DNA from: an uncultured Verrucomicrobiae bacterium | GTDB taxonomy: Bacteria; Verrucomicrobiota; Verrucomicrobiia; Chthoniobacterales; JAFAMB01 | Direction of reading: 5' to 3' | Assembly (NCBI GenBank): GCA_963762565.1 | Contig: CAVXLD010000005.1 | Coordinates: 224,001-288,000, forward strand | Length of the DNA stretch: 64,000 nucleotides | Shown here: positions 60,625 to 64,000 of the stretch, piece after piece | Position numbering within the stretch: position 1 is the first letter of the stretch | How the letters are laid out: each line of letters opens with the position of its first letter | Program-made: the position numbers and the translations under genes | The notes under the pieces: model-generated | What the model saw: only the letters and a program-made list of their open reading frames with translations | Database searches by the model: none | What the model was told of the DNA's origin: nothing

Positions 60625-61759
60625 CCATCGACTCAGCCCATCCCGCTCAAACTCGCTCTCCCTGAGTGCAGATGGAACCCGGCATTTTCCCTTCAAAAGT
60701 CCGCAGCGCACTCGCTTAAGATGATGTTCCGTCCGTCGCGTCCTTTGTGTCCTCTGCGCGAGGCTCGTTCTGGCTTCGCTGAGGGCGGCCTGTCGAGCGG
60801 CAATGATCTAGCGGGCTAGGTCAGGGGAATATTTCCACCGGCCCACTGGTAGTAACTCATAGCGGACCGTATTTACCCCGCGTTTTTAGATTATAGTTTT
60901 TATGTCGGACGACCTCGTAAGCAACAACGATCGAAATCTCTTCCACCAGGCCCCTGGTAGATGTCGCTTTGCCGCAAGTTGTATCCAACGCTGCAAGTTC
61001 CGGACTGGCGCTAAAACTAAGGATCTACCGCCGGAGAAATCTGAATTGGCGAGCGCCGAACCGATGGAAGGAAAGTCGTTTTTATGGCAGCGCTCTGTTG
61101 GCTAGCCAACGCAGCCGTCTGGCTCGTTACGGGCCTGATTTGGTTCAAGGTATTCCAGGCGCTCCTGCGACGCGGCTAATCCGTCGCTTATCCGAGAGGC
61201 ATTTCGCTCATGCAGTCATTTCTAATATTCACAGCTGAGTTTCAGGCGGCGAAGAGACGATTGCTCAACAACCTCGAAGCGTCCGACGATGGCAGGTTGT
61301 CTGTCGAAAGTGACGGAGACGCTCGGGAAGGCGGCGCGCGAAAACCAGCAAATTTTCCGAAAATACACCGATGTATGAAAGTACAGAAACTACTTCGCAC
61401 GGAGTGCTACCGGACATGCTCCGTTCCAAGCAAAACTGAATCAGTTAGTTCGAATATACCTTGTGTCCAACGCCGTTCATTTTTGAGCCGTCTCGGACGT
61501 ATCCGGGATTGGCGCTCGGCCGGCAACGGCCAGAAGAGGTCTTGATCTGTCAATCGATATTGCCAAGGGTGATCTTGGCCCAGTTATTCAGCTTCCAAAA
61601 GTGTGAGGGATGACCTTCTCGGCAAGGGCTGGCGCTATGAGCAGGACGGCAGTTCCTCAACACCGCTTACAAATTCACGCTCATCGGGCGGTACTATCTT
61701 CTGAGCTGCAGCCCAACAATGTTGTTTATTAAAGACGTGACGCTACTCAGTGCCGACGC

Positions 61760-62027
61760 TTTGCCGCGAAGCGGCTACACAGAATAGCCCAGGGCTTCAG
61801 CCCTGGGTTAGTCGCGTTATAAGGCGCGCCCTGAAAGTGGCGTCCGAAATAGGATCGGCAGGTATAGCATGTAGCACAGTCGAGCACCGAGGTTCGCGCG
61901 ACCGATTCAATCAACACGCCAAACCTTGAACACATTTCCGTCGGTCGCCACTTTCAGGGCGCTTTTCCCGACGCCAGCACCCAGGGCTGAAGCCCTGGGC
62001 TATTCTGTATAGCCGCTTCGCGGCAAA
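61760..62027. repeat. Long palindromic REP cluster/MITE (family C variant)
   Basis: gccgcgaagcggcta..agaatagcccagggcttcagccctggg..gccctgaaagtggcg followed by the mirror image. Confidence 0.9.
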
Positions 62028-62117
62028 TTCCCTCTTCTGTCTTTGTGATCTTTCCGTATTGTGCAAATCGAATTGGGGCAACAGCCCGTTAAGACTTGAC
62101 CCCTGTGTTAAGTCTCT

Positions 62118-62228
62118 TTTCTTCGAAACGGACGCTTCGATCGCGTGTGTCAGGGTATCTATCCCTACCTGCGCTGTCAGTGCAGCGGGCATAGTTAATG
62201 TGAGTTCATAGTCAACTATGGAAGTCGC
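62118..62228 (-). pseudogene. Fragment of an iron-containing alcohol dehydrogenase
   Basis: SIVDYELTLTMPAALTAQVGIDTLTHAIEASVSKK matches the Fe-ADH G.D.L.HA.E signature region. Confidence 0.7.
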
Positions 62229-62363
62229 TGCACGATATCAGTACGTCATTCTACGTATTGCCTGACCGCGTGGTCTCCATATGTTGGGGAATTTACGGAG
62301 CAATAGATCACGCCGGCTCCGATATTCTAACACAGATAGGTAGTTCGCCATTAATTTTAAGTC

Positions 62364-64000
62364 ATGAAAACCACCAAAAAAGCGAAAAAAACAAACAGGG
62401 CCACAGAGCACCCGCCGCCCGGGGGGACGGTGCATCATGTTTCGTCCATACTCAAAACAGGTGGAGATGTCATTTTTCCCTCAGGAGACACGAATTACCC
62501 GGTAACCGGCACCACCGATGGAGGAGACCCACTCCTGACCAATGTGGAAGTGACAATTATTTTCTGGGGCGATTATTGGAACCAGACCTCTCCGGCGCCG
62601 AGCGTGTCTGTCGCTGAGTACTACAGCGCGTGTTCCGGCGTTGTGACCGGCCCCTATATGACACGGCTGAATCAATACCGGGGTGTCGGCCCGGGCACGA
62701 TGTTGGGCCAGTTTATTGTGCCTTCCGCACCAAACGCGAGCAATGTTACCGCCCCATATGCTGGATACACCAATGCGGATGTCGTGAACATGCTGAACAC
62801 CTTTTTCCAAAATAATTCGGCAGTAGCCCCGGCAAACGGCCATAACCGGTTTTACGCGGTTTTTTCCCCGCCGGGACTCAACAACTCGAGTAGTTTTGGC
62901 GGCCAGCACCAAACCTTGAGCTACAATAATATTGGATGCGTCTATGCGTGGGTGGATAGCAACGATAGTCTTTCGGACACCTTGGTGTTCGGACACGAAT
63001 TAGTGGAAGCCTGCACGAATCCGCTTTTGGGCGGTTCATCCAGCGGGAACGGGATAAAAGTTCCCGGCCAGGGCGCCTCGGACGGGGAGGACGAGATAGG
63101 TGATGTGTGCGAGGTGGCCTCGTCCACAGTGTGGATAAACCAGCTTCAATGCTCCCTGCAGGGTTATTGGAGCAAAGCCGACAACGCCTGCGTGCTGCCG
63201 CTGGGTACGGTTACGCTCTTGATGAACAAAAACTCCTTTGGAGAGGATGAAGTCAAGGAGGCGATAAAGAACGCGGGCACGGGTGCGACGCAGGCGGTGT
63301 TTTCCAGCGCCTTCTGGGTGGCGCTGGATGAGTACAGCCAGAATACTTTCGGCTCGTTTGCCATCACGGTGCCGACGCCGACTTTTACCGATCTCAACAG
63401 CAATCCAGTGACCCCGACGGGGTTCAGCATACAACTGACTCCCGCAACCGCTGCGGCGCCCAATCCCGTGCTGGAGGCGCCAGGCGACAACACCAGCATA
63501 CAGCGGATGAGGTGGTCTTATGACGTGGTCTTTGATATTCCGCTGCAAGGGACCTTCCCGTCGAGTTACTTGTTAAATGCCACTTTTCTCATGAATGGCA
63601 ATCAACCGCCGGGAGGCACAGCGGGCCATTCGCAGGATGTCGCGAATTTTGATTTGCTCCCCGGTGCCGATCCCTATTTTTCCAACATCGACATTGAGGA
63701 CAGTAGCGCGGTTTCCTACTTGAGCCAGGATTTGCGGGTGTGCGTGGCCAGCGCCGGAAACTCACTGCTGCCCAACGACGCCAATGCCCCGGTCTTTTCG
63801 GCCGGTGAATCGCCTTACACCTATATCCAGACGCTGCTGGCTTATTTGAACGGCTCCACTGAGTACACGGTTCCCGTGCCGCCGACATCGCCCGATCCGC
63901 TGAACGGATTGACCAACCAGTCAGGATATGAGACGGGGCTGACGTCGGTGACGGCGCTGGATAGCAACGGAGATCAGAATTATAATTTCGCCATCGCCAG
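62364..64000 (+). CDS. Large uncharacterised protein, 3'-truncated by the window edge (at least 545 aa); N-terminal PHI-1/EXORDIUM-like domain
   Basis: Hand translation shows no stop to the window end: IIFWGDYW, YM..LNQY.GVG.G, YAWV, GHELVEACTNP, EIGDVC, QGYWSKADNACV, then KNSFGEDEV, FWVALD, ADPYF, LSQDLRV, YNFAIA. Confidence 0.85.
   Translation, partial: MKTTKKAKKTNRATEHPPPGGTVHHVSSILKTGGDVIFPSGDTNYPVTGTTDGGDPLLTNVEVTIIFWGDYWNQTSPAPSVSVAEYYSACSGVVTGPYMTRLNQYRGVGPGTMLGQFIVPSAPNASNVTAPYAGYTNADVVNMLNTFFQNNSAVAPANGHNRFYAVFSPPGLNNSSSFGGQHQTLSYNNIGCVYAWVDSNDSLSDTLVFGHELVEACTNPLLGGSSSGNGIKVPGQGASDGEDEIGDVCEVASSTVWINQLQCSLQGYWSKADNACVLPLGTVTLLMNKNSFGEDEVKEAIKNAGTGATQAVFSSAFWVALDEYSQNTFGSFAITVPTPTFTDLNSNPVTPTGFSIQLTPATAAAPNPVLEAPGDNTSIQRMRWSYDVVFDIPLQGTFPSSYLLNATFLMNGNQPPGGTAGHSQDVANFDLLPGADPYFSNIDIEDSSAVSYLSQDLRVCVASAGNSLLPNDANAPVFSAGESPYTYIQTLLAYLNGSTEYTVPVPPTSPDPLNGLTNQSGYETGLTSVTALDSNGDQNYNFAIA

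Noticed and set aside
60900..61710. Short ORFs of 67-111 aa
   Set aside because: No motifs or coherent start signals; not assignable

Overview
A 64 kb bacterial chromosomal window of moderately high GC. Gene and repeat content suggests a soil Verrucomicrobiota, which is an inference only. It holds mostly ordinary metabolic, transport and signalling genes: a sugar ABC permease, a vapBC toxin-antitoxin pair, alpha/beta hydrolases, a run of fumC, YoaK, ThrE, malic enzyme, cydAB, emrA and a frameshifted emrB, a FUSC gene, a FixJ-type regulator, a molybdate/tungstate ABC transporter, an ATPase-TPR-PP2C fusion, asnS, glnS, a deoxy-sugar kinase/aldolase/ABC operon, a ~1900 aa Ser/Thr kinase-AAA-GAF-PAS-histidine kinase, and a large ORF missed by the ORF track that runs off the right end. 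The most unusual signal is intergenic: many spacers are filled with modular, nested palindromic repeats (REP/REPIN-like doublets and 7-, 8- and 9/10-mer arrays in inverted arms), and I found no transposase in the window. A 30-nt hairpin micro-element sits at one fixed site inside REP arms, sometimes carries an extra ~30-nt loop, and also occurs in frame inside the giant kinase. No rRNA, tRNA or CRISPR array was recognised.
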